From Ranitomeya imitator (taxonomy: Eukaryota): a stretch of DNA of 64,000 nucleotides. Position 1 is the stretch's first letter; the number at the start of each line of letters is the position of its first letter. The DNA is taken from the NCBI RefSeq assembly GCF_032444005.1, contig NC_091287.1, positions 381,238,001 through 381,302,000 of the forward strand, given 5' to 3'. Below are positions 48,600-61,720 of this stretch, one piece after another. Both the position numbers and the translations under genes were made by a program. The notes beneath the pieces were generated by a model that saw only the letters and a program-made list of their open reading frames with translations, ran no database searches and was not told the DNA's origin.

Positions 48600-49165
48600 G
48601 GGCTCTTTTCCACTTGAGAGAAAAAAAACGGTCCGATTTACGGAAATGAAAAAACGGAGGAAAATATTGGGATTTTTTTTTTTTCCCCGCTACATCCGTA
48701 TGACATCCGTATTGCTGTCCGATTTTTACGCACCAGTGTCATTTGAAAAGCCGGCAATTCAGTGTGGTGTACAGTATAATCACACTGACAGGTTAGAATA
48801 GAAGATATATATTTATCTCTTCTATTCTAACCTGTCAGTGTGATTATACTGTACACCACACTGAATTGCCGGCTTTTCAAAGGACACCGGTGCGTAAAAA
48901 TCGGACAGCACTCGCATGGTCTGAGTGCTGTGCGTTTTTTTTTTTTTTTTTCCTCGCACCCATTGACTTACATTGGTGAGTCTCGTCCGAGAATCGCAGC
49001 AATACGCAGCTTGCTTCGGTTTTTTTTTTTTTTTTTTTAAGTCTGATTTCAGCTGAGAAAAAAAATCGCAGATGAGATGTCACCCATTGAATAACATTGG
49101 TCCGAGTGCAATCCGATTTTATCGGATTGCACTCGTCCGTTTTTCTCGCAAGTGGAAAAGAGCCC
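48600..49165. mobile_element. Palindromic MITE
   Basis: gggctcttttccacttg / caagtggaaaagagccc. Confidence 0.72.
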
Positions 49166-49565
49166 TTATAGTCAAACACCACAAGGACAGCTGCATACTA
49201 TCATGGTTTAGCAATGCGGTTTCCAATTGTGTGGTACGTACAGGAGCTCACAATAAACCCACATACACTGATGTTCCAATCATGTGACCAATGCAGTCAA
49301 TTACAGGCTTAAAGGGGTTGTTCACTACTTGGACAACCCCTTACAGAAGGACTCCCACAAAAAATGTTATGACTTTAGCCCTTCTTAGTATGTCTGTAGA
49401 GTAAGTGCAATAAAATGGTTACCAAGTTCCATCTTCCCTGTGTCCCAGCGCCGCTCTGGTCCTCTTCTGACTCGCATGGCACTATACTACGTGGGCTGGG
49501 CACTATACTACGTGGATATGCATATTCTAGAATACCCGATGCGTTAGAATCGGGCCACCATCTAG

Positions 49566-50704
49566 TCTATTATATAATTGTCTAAGGGTCACTTCCGTCT
49601 GTCTTTCTGTCTGTCTGTCACGGATATTCATTGGTCGCAGCCTCTGTCTGTCATGGAAATGCAAGTCGCTGATTGGTCTCGCCAGCTGCCTGTCATGGCT
49701 GCCGTGACCAATCAGCGATGGCCACAGTCCGATTAGTCCCTTTGTACTCCCCTGCAGTTAGTGCCCGGCACCCGCTCCATACTCCCCTCCAGTCACTGCT
49801 CACACAGGGTTAATGCCAGTGGTAATAGACCGCGTTATGCCGTGGGTAACGCACTCCGTAACCGCTGCTATTAACCCTGTGTGACAAAGTTTTTACTATT
49901 GATGCTGCCTATGCAGCATCAATAGTAAATAGATCTAATGTTAAAAATAATAAAAAAAACAAACCTGCTTTTCTCACCTTCTGTAGTCCGACGATGCGCT
50001 CACGCCTGCCGCCAGCTTCCGTTCCCAGAGATGCGTTGCAAAATTACCCAGAAGACTTAGCGGTTTCGCGAGATTGCTAAGTGATCTGGGTAATTTCGCA
50101 ATGCATCCTGGGAACGAAAGATGGCGGCAGCCGTGCGGATATCGCCAGATCTACGCTGGATCCCGGCGGGTGAGTATATAATTATTTTTTATTTCAATTT
50201 TTTTTTTTTTAACAGGGATATGGTGCCCACGCTGCTAAATACTATGTGGGCTGTGTTAGATACCGCGTGGCTGCTATATACTACCTGGCCAGTGTTAAGA
50301 TACTATGTGGGCTTTGTTCTATACTGCGTGGGCTGTTCTATATGTTACGTGGGCAGTGTTATATGCTGCGTTATATACTACATGGCTGCTATATACTACG
50401 TGGCTGTGTTCTATACTGCGTGCTATATACTACGTGGCCACTGTTAGATACTATGTGGGCTGTGCTATATATTATGTGGCCAGTGTTATATACTATGTGG
50501 GCTGTGTTATATACTGCGTGGCTGCTATATACTGTGTGGGCTGTGTTATTTACTGCATGGCCTATATTAACGCATCGGGTATTCTACAATATGTATGTAT
50601 ACTATATACTACGTGGCCTGTGCTATATACTATGTGGCTGCTATATACATACATACATACATATTCTAGAATACCCGATGCGTTAGAATCGGGCCACCAT
50701 CTAG
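49566..50704 (+). mobile_element. Non-autonomous Helitron-like element preceded by a 3'-end stub (~49480-49565)
   Basis: 5' TC (49566); 3' hairpin cccgat...atcggg (50674-50693) then CTAG (50701-50704) followed by T; identical 3' end at 49523-49565; internal minisatellite ~50235-50640. Confidence 0.7.
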
Positions 50705-50739
50705 TACTATACATATTTAGAAATGTTTTGTTGGGATTT

Positions 50740-51596
50740 TTTTTTTTTTTAAATGAAAGTGCCCCATGTACAATGAAAACACCGTATACTCGCCTGGACC
50801 AGCACCGTTCCAGTGTTGTCAGCACTTGTCTGCGTGCAATTGCGTGATATTATGTGATATGAATACTGAACAACATGGTCAAAGTGAAATGTGAGCTCTG
50901 CAGCCAGTGATGGCTGCAAAGGAGCTGGTCTTGCAGGAGAATATGTGGTGTTTTTATTTTACACGGGGCACTTTAATTAAAGGGGTTGTCCTAGTAGTGA
51001 GCAGCCTTTGACCACCAGGGATGTTATAATCTCCTGACTTAGTGCAGATCACTGGTGCATTCTGTACTCAACCATCGCGGTAAAGTAGGGTTTTTTTCCA
51101 GACTGTTTTTATTTTTTAATCATTATTACCCAGAGAAATTGTGTAGAGGTTGAATACTGAATATTAAATAATAATCCCTAAATAATACTCCCCTCCCCAT
51201 TGGCCACAGCTCTCGCTATACTTCCATTTCAGTTCAAAGATGCATGTGCGTGCTGTAGGAATGACCAGCACGTCACTATCAAGTCCCTTATTGGTTGCAG
51301 TGGTCACATGTTTTTTTTTTTTTTCTTTTTTTTTCATGTTTTTGTAAGCAAGAACTAAACACCATGGGAGATCTATGGAAGCAAAAATACCATAAACTGG
51401 TCAAAAATTCGGCATCCTCAAAGCGCTCTGTATTTGCATAGGAAAAAATAGCAGTGAAACCTCGGTGTGTGAAGTCTCCATAAATAAAGCTCCTTTTTTG
51501 TACCTTCATTACTGACGGGCTTTCATTTGTGAAAAGACAGAACCATTCAGAAAACTTGTGTTGGGTCCAACAGTCGCATATATGAGCATGATACTA
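50740..51596 (-). repeat. Inverted paralogue of 35977-38320 lacking the nested insertions
   Basis: Collinear reverse-complement match over ~860 bp. Confidence 0.85.
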
Positions 51597-51908
51597 TATG
51601 GAGCATAAAGGGAAGAGTGCCTGGGCTAATAGGAAAGCGGCACCTGGGGGCTATACAGATCAATGAAAATACTGTTTTCTCTGGTTCCTCTTCCAGCGCT
51701 CAGAATATTCAGGGGGCTCGTGAGGAAACGGTGACTGGCATTACATATAGACGTCTCTGTTTATAGGACCTGCTTCATTTATTTCCCTAATACTTCTAAA
51801 ATGTAAAGCTGGCAAGAAAAAGCAGGAGAGCGATTTGTTCTGGTGTATGACTTTGTCTGTAGCAGTTTCCTTAGTTCTCCTTTGCACACACTGCTACTTG
51901 GTGTTTAA

Positions 51909-52229
51909 AGGGACACTGTCACCTGAATTTGGAGGGAACAATCTTCAGCCATGGAGGCGGGGTTTTGGGGTTTTTGATTCACCCTTTCCTTACCCGCTGG
52001 CTGCATGCTGGCTGCAATATTGGATAGAAGTTCATTCTCTGTCCTCCATAGTACACGCCTGCAATCTTGCCTTGCGCAGGCGTGTACTACGGAGGACAGA
52101 GAATGAACTTCAATCCAATATTGCAGCCAGCATGCAGCCAGCGGGTAAGGAAAGGGTGAATCAAAAACCCCAAAACCCCGCCTCCATGGCTGAAGATTGT
52201 TCCCTCCAAATTCAGGTGACAGTGTCCCT
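51909..52229. mobile_element. Kolobok/T2-like MITE, near-perfect palindrome
   Basis: TTAA TSD; agggacactgtcacc termini. Confidence 0.85.
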
Positions 52230-53896
52230 TTAAAGCAGCACTCCAACATTTCAGCGCTGGAGTGGTGCCAGTAATGTGCTCACCAGCCGCTGTCTTCTGC
52301 TGTTCCTGGCGCCACTCTGGGCCTGCACCGTCATCTTGTGACCGCGACTTCTAACTGACCGGAAGTCACAAGCTCTCCATGCAGGCCTACGAGATCCGTC
52401 TTCTGGTCCTCAGACTTGCATTGAGCTGTGACTTCCGGCTCACACAGCAAACACTGGAGAAATCTGGGAAGTCACAACCCGCAGACGACCAACCAGAGCG
52501 GAGCCGATAACAGATGAATATGGCGGCTGCTAAGGATATGACTAAGGGCAGGAAACTTAGATTAGTTGCATCACTCTATAAAAAACCCACTGCAGTTGGG
52601 ATTGACACTTTTTTTGTTTTTTATCTTGGAGATGTACGTCTTTTGTGGCATGAACATGTAAGGAATATGTGCCATCTTCGTGGTATGCTGCATTTTGGAT
52701 CAACCCCAAAATTTGCCCAAAAAAACTCACAGGAAACAAAGTTTCTTGAACACAACCTGTACAGTATTTTGCTAAAAATCGTAAAGTAACATCTCGTTAT
52801 CATATATTTGACCAAAAGGAAAACAAAAAAGTGGCCCCATTGATCAAATTTCAATTTTTGTCTTTTTGCAAATATAAGGTTGGAGATTTCTCAAACTTCT
52901 GCTTCAGTGCAAAATAGACATCACTAAGATGCCATCCGGACAATGGCCAGGATTTTCAGACTCAGACTTGCATTGAAAAGTTTGATGTGTGACTCTGATG
53001 ATAAACAGACTTTATTTTTTGCAGGGTGGGGGGGGGGGGGGTATTGGTTGACAATGACCTCTGGTCTGCAAAATAGACATGGTAACAGCCCTTGCAGACT
53101 AATGGGTACAATTATGATGGACGTTAAGGGCACTTATTCCTCAGCACCGCTTTTTAATGGCACTGAGAAATAAGGGTATAGCGACCCCAGCGTCAGAAAA
53201 TCTCTGGGGTCTCTGCTACCGGGGGTAGCCGAGACCCCGGAGAAGATGATTCGGGTTGGTTTTTACTGTCCTTAGTCTCATGATCAGTTATTCACGGAAT
53301 AACGGCAATCACAAAAAAAAAAGATTCCCATTCATTTCTCTCTCCTCTGATATGATCTAGCATACCAGGGGAGAGAGAAATTGGGTCCTCTGAGCCCTCC
53401 GGTATCCCCGGACACTCCAGTGTCATCCCCCAGCATGTTTTTCCTATTGGTTCATTTTGATCACTTTGATAAGGTCTATCACAGTGATCAAAGTAAAAAA
53501 AAGTAAATTAAACCCCCCTTCATCTCCCACGTAGTTAGGATAAAATAAAAAAAGTATTTATTTCCATTAGGATTAGGGTTGGGTTAACTGTTAGGGGTGT
53601 GTTGGAGTTATAATTGAGGGATTCCACTGTTTAGGTACATCAGGGGGTCTCCAGACGCGACATGGCTCCCACCATTGATTCCAGCCAATTTTGCGTTCAA
53701 AAAGTCAAACGGTGCTCCCTCCCTTCTGAGCCCTGCTGTGCGCCTAAACAGTGGCTTTCCCCCACATACGGGGTATTAGTGTACTCAAGAGAAACTGCAC
53801 AACAAATTTTCTGGTTCATTTTCCCCTGTTACCCTTGTGAATATAAAAAAAAAAGTTTGGGTCTAAAGTAATTTTTTTTTGTGAAAAAAAAGTTAT

Positions 53897-54649
53897 AATA
53901 GAATTAGTCTTAGGCTATGTGCACACGTTCAGGATTTCTTGCAGAAAATTCCTGAGAATTCTGGACATTTTCTGCAAGAAAACCGCATGCGTTTTTGCCG
54001 CGGTTTTTTCCGGACACTTCCCAATGCATTTTGGAGTGGGAAATCCGCAAAAAAAAACGGAAAATTAATGAACATGCTGCGTTTTTTGCCGCGATGCGTT
54101 TTTTTCGCGGAAAAAAACGCATCATGTGCACAAAACATGCGGAATTCATTCTAAATGATGGGATGCTTATTGTATGCGGTTTTATAGCATTTTTATCGGG
54201 AAAAACCGCAACGTGTGAATACAGCCTGACTGGTAATTCGGTTTCTAGGAACCTTCCATGACAGCAGTATCGGAGGATGTCTCCCCGCCCTAATGAGGGA
54301 CAGGAAACACAGAGGTTAAATACCCCTCCCCTTCCTGCAACCATTAGTGATTTTTCTGGACACAGTAGCATGTATAATTACCACTCAACAAGTGCAGGAA
54401 TAATCCAATAAGAATATCAGATAGTGCTGTTGTGGAAGGTTCCTAGAAACCGAATTACCGGTAAGACTAATTCTATTTTTTCCAGTCACCTTCCACGGCA
54501 TCACTATGCAGTACCTCTTCATGCCCCATAGGGGGCAGATAAATACTGGTGGTTGTAGGGAGGGGTATTTAACCTCTTTGTGTTTCCTGTCCCCCATTAG
54601 GGCGGGGAGACATCCTCCGATACTGCTGTTGTGGAAGGTGACTGGAAAA
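53897..54649 (-). mobile_element. Miniature non-autonomous DIRS element (ITRs + ICR, no ORFs), interrupted by a MITE
   Basis: ITRs 54252-54345 / 54546-54638; ICR 54424-54504 equals the junction of the two termini. Confidence 0.75.
53913..54226. mobile_element. Harbinger-like MITE inside the mini-DIRS 3' extension
   Basis: ggctatgtgcacacg / cgtgtgaatacagcc; flanks TTA/TGA. Confidence 0.75.
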
Positions 54650-55405
54650 ATGTTTTTTCCTTCCACATTGCTTTAGTTTGCGTGAAGCACCTGAAGGGTT
54701 AATAAACTTCTTGAATGTGGTTTTGTGCATCTTGAGGGGTGCAGACTTTAGAATGGTGTCACTTTTGGGTATTTAATGTTATATTGACCCCCAAACTCAC
54801 TTCAAATGTGATGTGGTCCCTAAAAACAAATGGTTTTCTAAATTTTGTTGGAAAAACTAGAAATTGCCAGTCAACTTTTAACCCTTATAACGTCCTAACA
54901 AAAAAAAATATTTCCAAAATTGTGCGGTTGTAAAGTTGACATGTGGGAAATGTTATTTATTAACTATTTTGTGTGACATAGCTCTCTGATTTAAGGGCAC
55001 AAAAATTAAGATTGAAAATTGCACAAAGTTCCAAATTTTTGCCAAACTTCCGTTTTTGTTTTTTTTTTCATAAATGAATGCAAGTCACATCGAAACTTTT
55101 TTACCACTAACATGAAGTACGATATGTCCCGAAAAAAATAATCTCAATCAGTTGAATCCATTGAAGCATTCCAGAGCTATAACTTTAAAGTGAAAGTGGT
55201 CAGACTTGTAAAAGTTGACCCGGTCACTAAGAGGTTAAGCTGTGTGGTTTTGTTTACTTGCAGGGATTGTTTAGCACTAGGAGCTCATCATTGCTGGACA
55301 CAAACTCCTGGCAGATTCCCCCTCCTGTGATAAGCACCTCACTGGCTATAGCCATGTACACACAGCATAGTTCAATGCTTTGCATTGCTAAATCCAAAAA
55401 GCTGA

Positions 55406-57331
55406 GGGAATGTACACACGTTGCAGATTTGCCTGTGGAATTTTCTGTGCAGATTCATCTTCTTGGCAGAAAACGCAGGTGCGGATTTTCATGTGTTTTT
55501 TTTTTTTAATGCAGATTTGTATGCGTTTTTGAAAGCTAAATAAAGATCTATTATTGAACAAAAAAAATAAATTGTGATGTCATTTCTTGTCCAACCTCTT
55601 CATTTACATACTCCATTGTAGAATGTTTACACACAGAGATATAGATCTATAGATCGATAATACCAAGCCCGATGTTTAGTAATAAACAATAAAATGGTAC
55701 ATAAAGAGTTAAAGACACACAATCTGCATTATTAAACGCAATATCTTTTTAAGTGAAAAAAATGGTGTGGACTGCCACGCAATTGTCTGCACCAGAGAGG
55801 GAAAACTGATAGCCGGGGGCCGATGTTTATAAGCTGGGAAGGGGTTAATACCCATGGATCTTCCCAGGCTATATATTTATTGGCTATTAAAATAGGTGGA
55901 CTCCACCCCAAAAAAAAAAGACGAAGTGTGGTCCCCCTATAATTTATAGCAAAAAAGGCTATGCAGACAGCTGCGGGGTGATATTCATAGCCTAGAGAGG
56001 GGCCATGGATATTGGCTCCCCCCGGCTACAAATACCATCTCCTAGCCACCCCAGAAATTGCTCATCTGTGAGATGCGCCAATTCCGGCACTTAGCCGCTC
56101 TCTTCCCACTGCCCTGTAGCGGTGGCATAAGGGGTAATAAGGGGATAATGTCACCTTTGTATTGTAAGATGACATCAAGCCCAGTTAATAATGGAGAGGC
56201 GTCAATAAGACACCTACCAATTATTAATCCTCTAGTAGTGAAAGAGTTAAAAAAAAAAAAAAACCACGAAGCCAGAAAAAAGTATTTTAATATTCTTAAT
56301 TTCACCATACTGCCTAATTCCCCGAAGCCATCGATCACCTGCAAAAAATAATAAACCAACCGTATAATCCCTGGTCCGACACAGTCCAATTAATAACGTG
56401 TCCCACGACGATTTCCCCAATAGAACAGTGACATCAGGTGACGTCACTGCTCTATAGGGCCTCCCAGTGACACACTGACAGGAGACAATGGCTCCTGCAG
56501 TGCATCGCAGAAGAGGTTACCTTAGTTCATTCTCTCACTTCACGGCAATGCTGCGTGGGAATTTTCTCTCACAGCGTTGCCGGTTAGAGAATGAACTTAA
56601 GTGACGACCTCTCTCTCGGCAGCGGTGGAGGTATCCTCCGCCTGTCAGTTCATCGCGGGGCCCCTGTAGAGCACTGACATCGCCCGATGTCACTATTCTA
56701 CATGGGAGATTATCATGGGACACGTTAACTGGACTACGGCGGAAAGGTAGCTATAGGTTGGTTTATTATGTTATCTTTTACAGGAGAATCGAGGGCTTCA
56801 GGGACTAGGTGATTGGTAAGTATGTACTCTGTTATGTGTTGTATGTTGTGTATGTACTGTATATGTTGTATGTTCTGTTTTTTGTTTGTTTTTTTTTTAA
56901 TACTGAACACAGCCATTGTCTGATGGGACTACTTTCCCATCATCGGCAATGCTGTCACTGTGAGCTCCGGATGGGAGCAGTAATCTTATCAGACAATGGA
57001 TGTTTACACAGACACAGGGACACGCAGACACCGACACGCACACACTCCCACCTCCTGATCTGCAGCGTTTCATCCGCAGCAAAACCGCAGATCTTTTTTA
57101 CATCTGCGGTTTTGCTGCGGATGTGCCTGACACAATGGAAGTCATTGGGTGCAGAAACACCAAAAGAATGGACATGCTGCGGAAAAAAAACACGATTCTG
57201 CGCGTTTTTTCCGCAGCATGTGCACAACAAATGTCAATTTCACATAGACTAACACTTGCTGTGCATTACACTGCAGATTTGATGCAAATCTGCGACCAAC
57301 GCATCAAAATCCACAAAGTGTGCACATAGCC
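55406..57331. mobile_element. Long Harbinger-like non-autonomous element
   Basis: gggaatgtacacacg ... gtgtgcacatagcc with TGA/TGA flanks; internal segments resemble 31300-31950. Confidence 0.5.
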
Positions 57332-58714
57332 TGAATGTGTCAGAATAGTTTGCATTGTAAGGAGAGGACCTGGGGCGTAGGAAAAGCAGAGACCATTCCC
57401 ACCCCCCAAAACAGCTGTTAATTTCAGGGTTGGGGCTGGTCTCTGTTCTCCCTGCTCACTCTCCTTACAACTGATGTGTGGTTTCATGGTGGGGGATCAA
57501 AGGCTGCAGCAGCTGAGCCCTGACTTGAGCAAAAAAAAACAAGTTTAATGTATTTGTCTTTATGTGCCCCCTTTTTCACATGTAAAGCGCCATAGAATAA
57601 AGGGCGCTATAAAAATGTATCAGAATAATGTCTTCTTAGTGTATCCCAGCATGCACGTGGGGGGGTTCTCAACCTAAATGTCATCAAATCAGTAGTAAAA
57701 ATTAAAGCAGAGAGGCAATGATGGGGACGAAGTATATTATTACATTAGACATTTAGGACTAACTCCATGGTAGTTTCGGACGACCTCTTTAGGGTTACAG
57801 CAGATTTAAGGCTGCACTTGACCCGATACCACCTGCAAAGCCCTAAACACTTTTCAAAAGAACACCATAAAAACACCAAAAATCGGTACGTGATTGTGCG
57901 CTATTGTGATGTTTCTATGCTAGTAAAGTGTAAATTACAACATACCGTAAATATCACATTTCAGTGTGAGCACCCCAGCATGGCAGCAGCAGCTTTAGCG
58001 CGGCTATTAGCGGTAAATGTGCAGCTTTCCTTTGGCTCAGATCAGTGCTGCCAGTGTACCAGCACCTCTGCAGTGTGTGGGAGGAAAGAATGGACCCCGG
58101 GGGATTTCCCAGCCTCACTTGTAGAGAGAGACAGCCTGTGTGCACACTGCCGATTGGCTGCGTGTTACATGAGCACAGCACCCATACACAATACATGCAA
58201 GCGATAGGGTTACCTACTTACATACAGCGTGTGTGTGTATAATATATATATTTATCAGACTCAGGAGCTCCAAACATGGCATGTGCCTGCTTTCCTGGTT
58301 CAGGTGGATGGTTTTTCTGTTAGTCCCAGTACGTACTATTGATAATTAACTCAGCAATATTCTTTTCTACATAGACCCCCTCATCATTTAAAAAAAAAAA
58401 AAAAAAAGTGCATTCTGTTTTTTTGTGTGTTTGATTAGAATAGCTCATGAAACAGCAGGCAGCTCCTGCACCTGTCCGCAATGAGACCTGCAAAGTGACA
58501 GCGATCTAGCGTGGATTAATAAAAAAACAAATTCGTCTTCCTGATCAATCACTGTTAATTATCCTGCACAGTGAACACTATACCTCAACATTTGAGAAAT
58601 GCGGTGGGGTTTTTTAAATACACAAACTTTAATGTATACAGAGAGCACGATCAGATACCCCAGGTGGACACTCTAGAGTCGTACTTATGGAGCAAAAAGC
58701 ACAGGCAACATTTG

Positions 58715-60290
58715 CTTCCTTCCCCTACTCTCCCTGATTATTGTACTCCATGTCCCCTCCCGCTTCCTGCTCTCCCTGATTATTGTACTACACGTCCCCT
58801 CCTATTTTCTGCTTTCCCTGATCGAACTTCATGTCCCCTCCTATTCTCCCTGATCGTTATACTCCACATCCCCTCCTGTTTCCTGCTCTCCCTGATTATT
58901 GTACTCCACATCCCCTCCTGCTCTCCCTGATCATTATACTCCACGTCCCCTCCTGTTTCCTGTTCTCCCTGATCATTATACTCCACGTCCCCTCCTGCTC
59001 TCGCTGATCATTGTACTCCACGTCCCCTCCTGTTTCCTGCTCTCCCTGATTATTGTACTCCACGTCCCCTCCTGTTCTCCCTGATTATACTCCACGTCCC
59101 CTCCTGTTTCCTGCTCTCCCTGATTATTGTACTCCATGTCCCCTCCTGCTCTCCCTGATCATTATATTCCACGTCCCCTCCTGTTTCCTGCTCTCCATGA
59201 TAATTATACTCCACGTCCCCTCCTGCTCTCCCTGATCATTATATTCCACGTCCCCTCCTGTTTCCTGCTCTCCCTGATTATTGTACTCCACGTCCCCTCC
59301 TGTTTCCTGCTCTCCCTGATCATTGTACTCCACGTCCCCTCCTGTTTCCTGCTCTCCCTGATCATTATACTCCACGTCCCCTCCTGTTTCTTGCTCTCCC
59401 TGATTATTGTACTCCACGTCCCCTCCTGCTCTCCATGTCCCCTCCTGCTCTCCCTGATCATTATACTCCACGTCCCCTCCTGTTTCCTGCTCTCCCTGAT
59501 TATTGTACTCCATGTCCCCTCCTGTTCTCCCTGATCATTATACTCCATGTCCCCTCCTGTTTCTTGCTCTCCCTGATTATTGTACTCCACGTCCCCTCCT
59601 GCTCTCCCTGATCATTATATTCCACGTCCCCTCCTGTTTCCTGCTCTCCCTGATAATTATACTCCACGTCCCCTCCTGCTCTCCCTGATCATTATATTCC
59701 ACGTCCCCTCCTGTTTCCTGCTCTCCCTGATTATTGTACTCCACGTCCCCTCCTGTTTCCTGCTCTCCCTGATCATTATACTCCACGTCCCGTCCTGTTT
59801 CTTGCTCTCCCTGATCATTATACTCCACATCCCCTCCCGTTTCCTGTTCTCCCTGATCATTATACTCCACGTCCCCTCCTGTTTCCTGCTCTCCCTTATT
59901 ATTGTACTCCACGTCTCCTCCTGTTCTCCCTGATCATTGTACTCCACGTCCCCTCCTGTTTCCTGCTCTCCCTGATCATTATACTCCACGTCCCCTCCTG
60001 TTTCTTGCTCTCCCTGATCATTATACTCCACATCCCCTCCCGTTTCCTGTTCTCCCTGATCATTATACTCCACGTCCCCTCCTGTTTCCTGCGCTCCCTT
60101 ATTATTGTACTCCACGTCTCCTCCTGTTCTCCCTGATCATTGTACTCCACGTCCCCTCCTGTTTCCTGCTCTCCCTGATTATACTCTACGTCACCTATTT
60201 CCTGCTCTCCCTGATCATTATACTCCACGACCCCTTTTGTTCTCCCTGATTATACTCCAGGTCCCCCCTCCTGCTCTCCCCGATCATTGC
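58715..60290. repeat. Pyrimidine-rich minisatellite of mixed 42-bp and 35-bp units
   Basis: ctccacgtcccctcctg(tttcctg)ctctccctgatcattata; 14-aa periodic ORFs in the track. Confidence 0.93.
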
Positions 60291-60544
60291 GCCCTTGGTT
60301 CCTCCGATGCTCTGCATTGCAGGTTCAGATTACTGTCTCCAGTTAACTACTTTTGTTATATCTGATCCATGTCTATCCTTTAGATGCTGTTCTTATATAA
60401 CCAGTTTTCATGTCATGTCCTCTTCTCAATGGTAAGAGGTCTCTTCTGTTGGAAACTATAAATTGTACATTTAATAAATGTTACTTTATACTTCACTTTG
60501 TAGCCCCATAGTTTGTCTGGAGTTAAGAATTTAAAGAGGCAGCC

Positions 60545-60553
60545 ATGGAAAAA
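60545..60553 (+). CDS. Candidate start-codon micro-CDS (M-E-K) in exon 60504-60553 of the plus-strand host gene
   Basis: gccATGG Kozak context, donor AAA|GTAAGT, acceptor ttcactttgtag; 72-nt intron to an upstream donor ATG|GTAAGA (60431/60432). Confidence 0.4.
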
Positions 60554-61489
60554 GTAAGTTTTGTGTTCACTGAAGAAGCATGGATCACATAAGTAAGAAC
60601 ATCAATCCTCCAAATTAGCCTTGGCTTTGCAGGAACCAGGCATAATACACTGCAAAATGTAAAATGTTCCCTTTACTGCAGATATTGAAATCTCATCCTC
60701 AACAAGTAAATGGACTCAAACATCATCTCACCTATTCTCCTCAAAGGTTGGATAACCCTTATAAATAAAATAGACCATAATCAAAGTGAGTGCAAGAAGT
60801 ATATGGTTTCATAACATAACTTTATTAATGTTTAGTTTTGCAAATAGATACATTTATTCTATTGTATACAGTTCAGAGGTCTGCCCTAACACCAAAACCA
60901 GGTCCTGGCGGGGGTCCGGTCAGAGAGGTTAGTCCTCCAGAGGGCTCACATGAGAACCTGCCATTTCTGTAAAGAAAAAAAAACCAATACCAAATAAGCC
61001 ACTATACAGTCTAGGTGTGGATGTATGTAAAAGCTATAATATCTTATAACTTATTCGCTGTGACATGTGCAGCAGTGGAGGATTTTCCATCCAGACCTCA
61101 ACAGTCCAGGACACGGCAGTGTTCATACGTTAACCCTTATTCCCTAGGCACCTATTCACAAAAGAAATATTATACACTTTTCTCCTTATGTTTTCAATCC
61201 TAATGCTGCGGGGAACCGGCATTTACATAAATAAACATAGCCCCTCCCATTTGTCAGCTTGTAATTAGTATTGAAGGGGTTAAATGCGACCATAGGCAGG
61301 AAACCAGGTCTTTTGGCTTCAGTACATACCATGGCTAATGTTGCCAGCAAAAAGAAAGGTAGAATTGGAGGAACAGGACTAAAAGGACCACGAAAATGAA
61401 GATTTACTCATCACTTTGTAGAAGTCTATGGTGACTGGAAGAAATTACGGGTTGTGCACGAAAAAGACAAAATACGTAAAAAGAATAAA

Positions 61490-61720
61490 ATGGAATAGAG
61501 ACCTCCAGGGTCATCGTGTCCAACCCCCTGCTCAATGCAGGATTCACTAAACCATCTCAGATGCCTGTACAGCCTCTGTGTGAAGACCTCCATTGAAGGA
61601 GAACTCACCACCTCTCGTGACAGCCACTCATTGATCATCCTCACTGTCAAAAAGTTTTTCTAATATCTAATCTGTATCTTCTCCCTTTCAGTTTCATTCC
61701 ATTGATTCTAGTGTTTCCAT
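61490..61720 (-). mobile_element. CR1-like LINE 3' fragment
   Basis: ORF 61426..61650 TVRMINEW...REVVSSPSMEVFTQRL..HL resembles the CR1 ORF2 C-terminus. Confidence 0.7.

Larger units (their letters stand above)
53130..55234. mobile_element. Degenerate piggyBac-like element related to 13874-18980 (inverted), hosting the mini-DIRS
   Basis: 53630-53850 and 54660-55234 match the 14-17-kb repeat and left end in reverse; ends aagagg|TTAA; left boundary approximate. Confidence 0.6.

Noticed and set aside
58571-60365. Many ORFs with MEYNDQGEQETGGD / LHVPSCFLLSLII repeats
   Set aside because: Produced by the 42-bp (in-frame) minisatellite unit.
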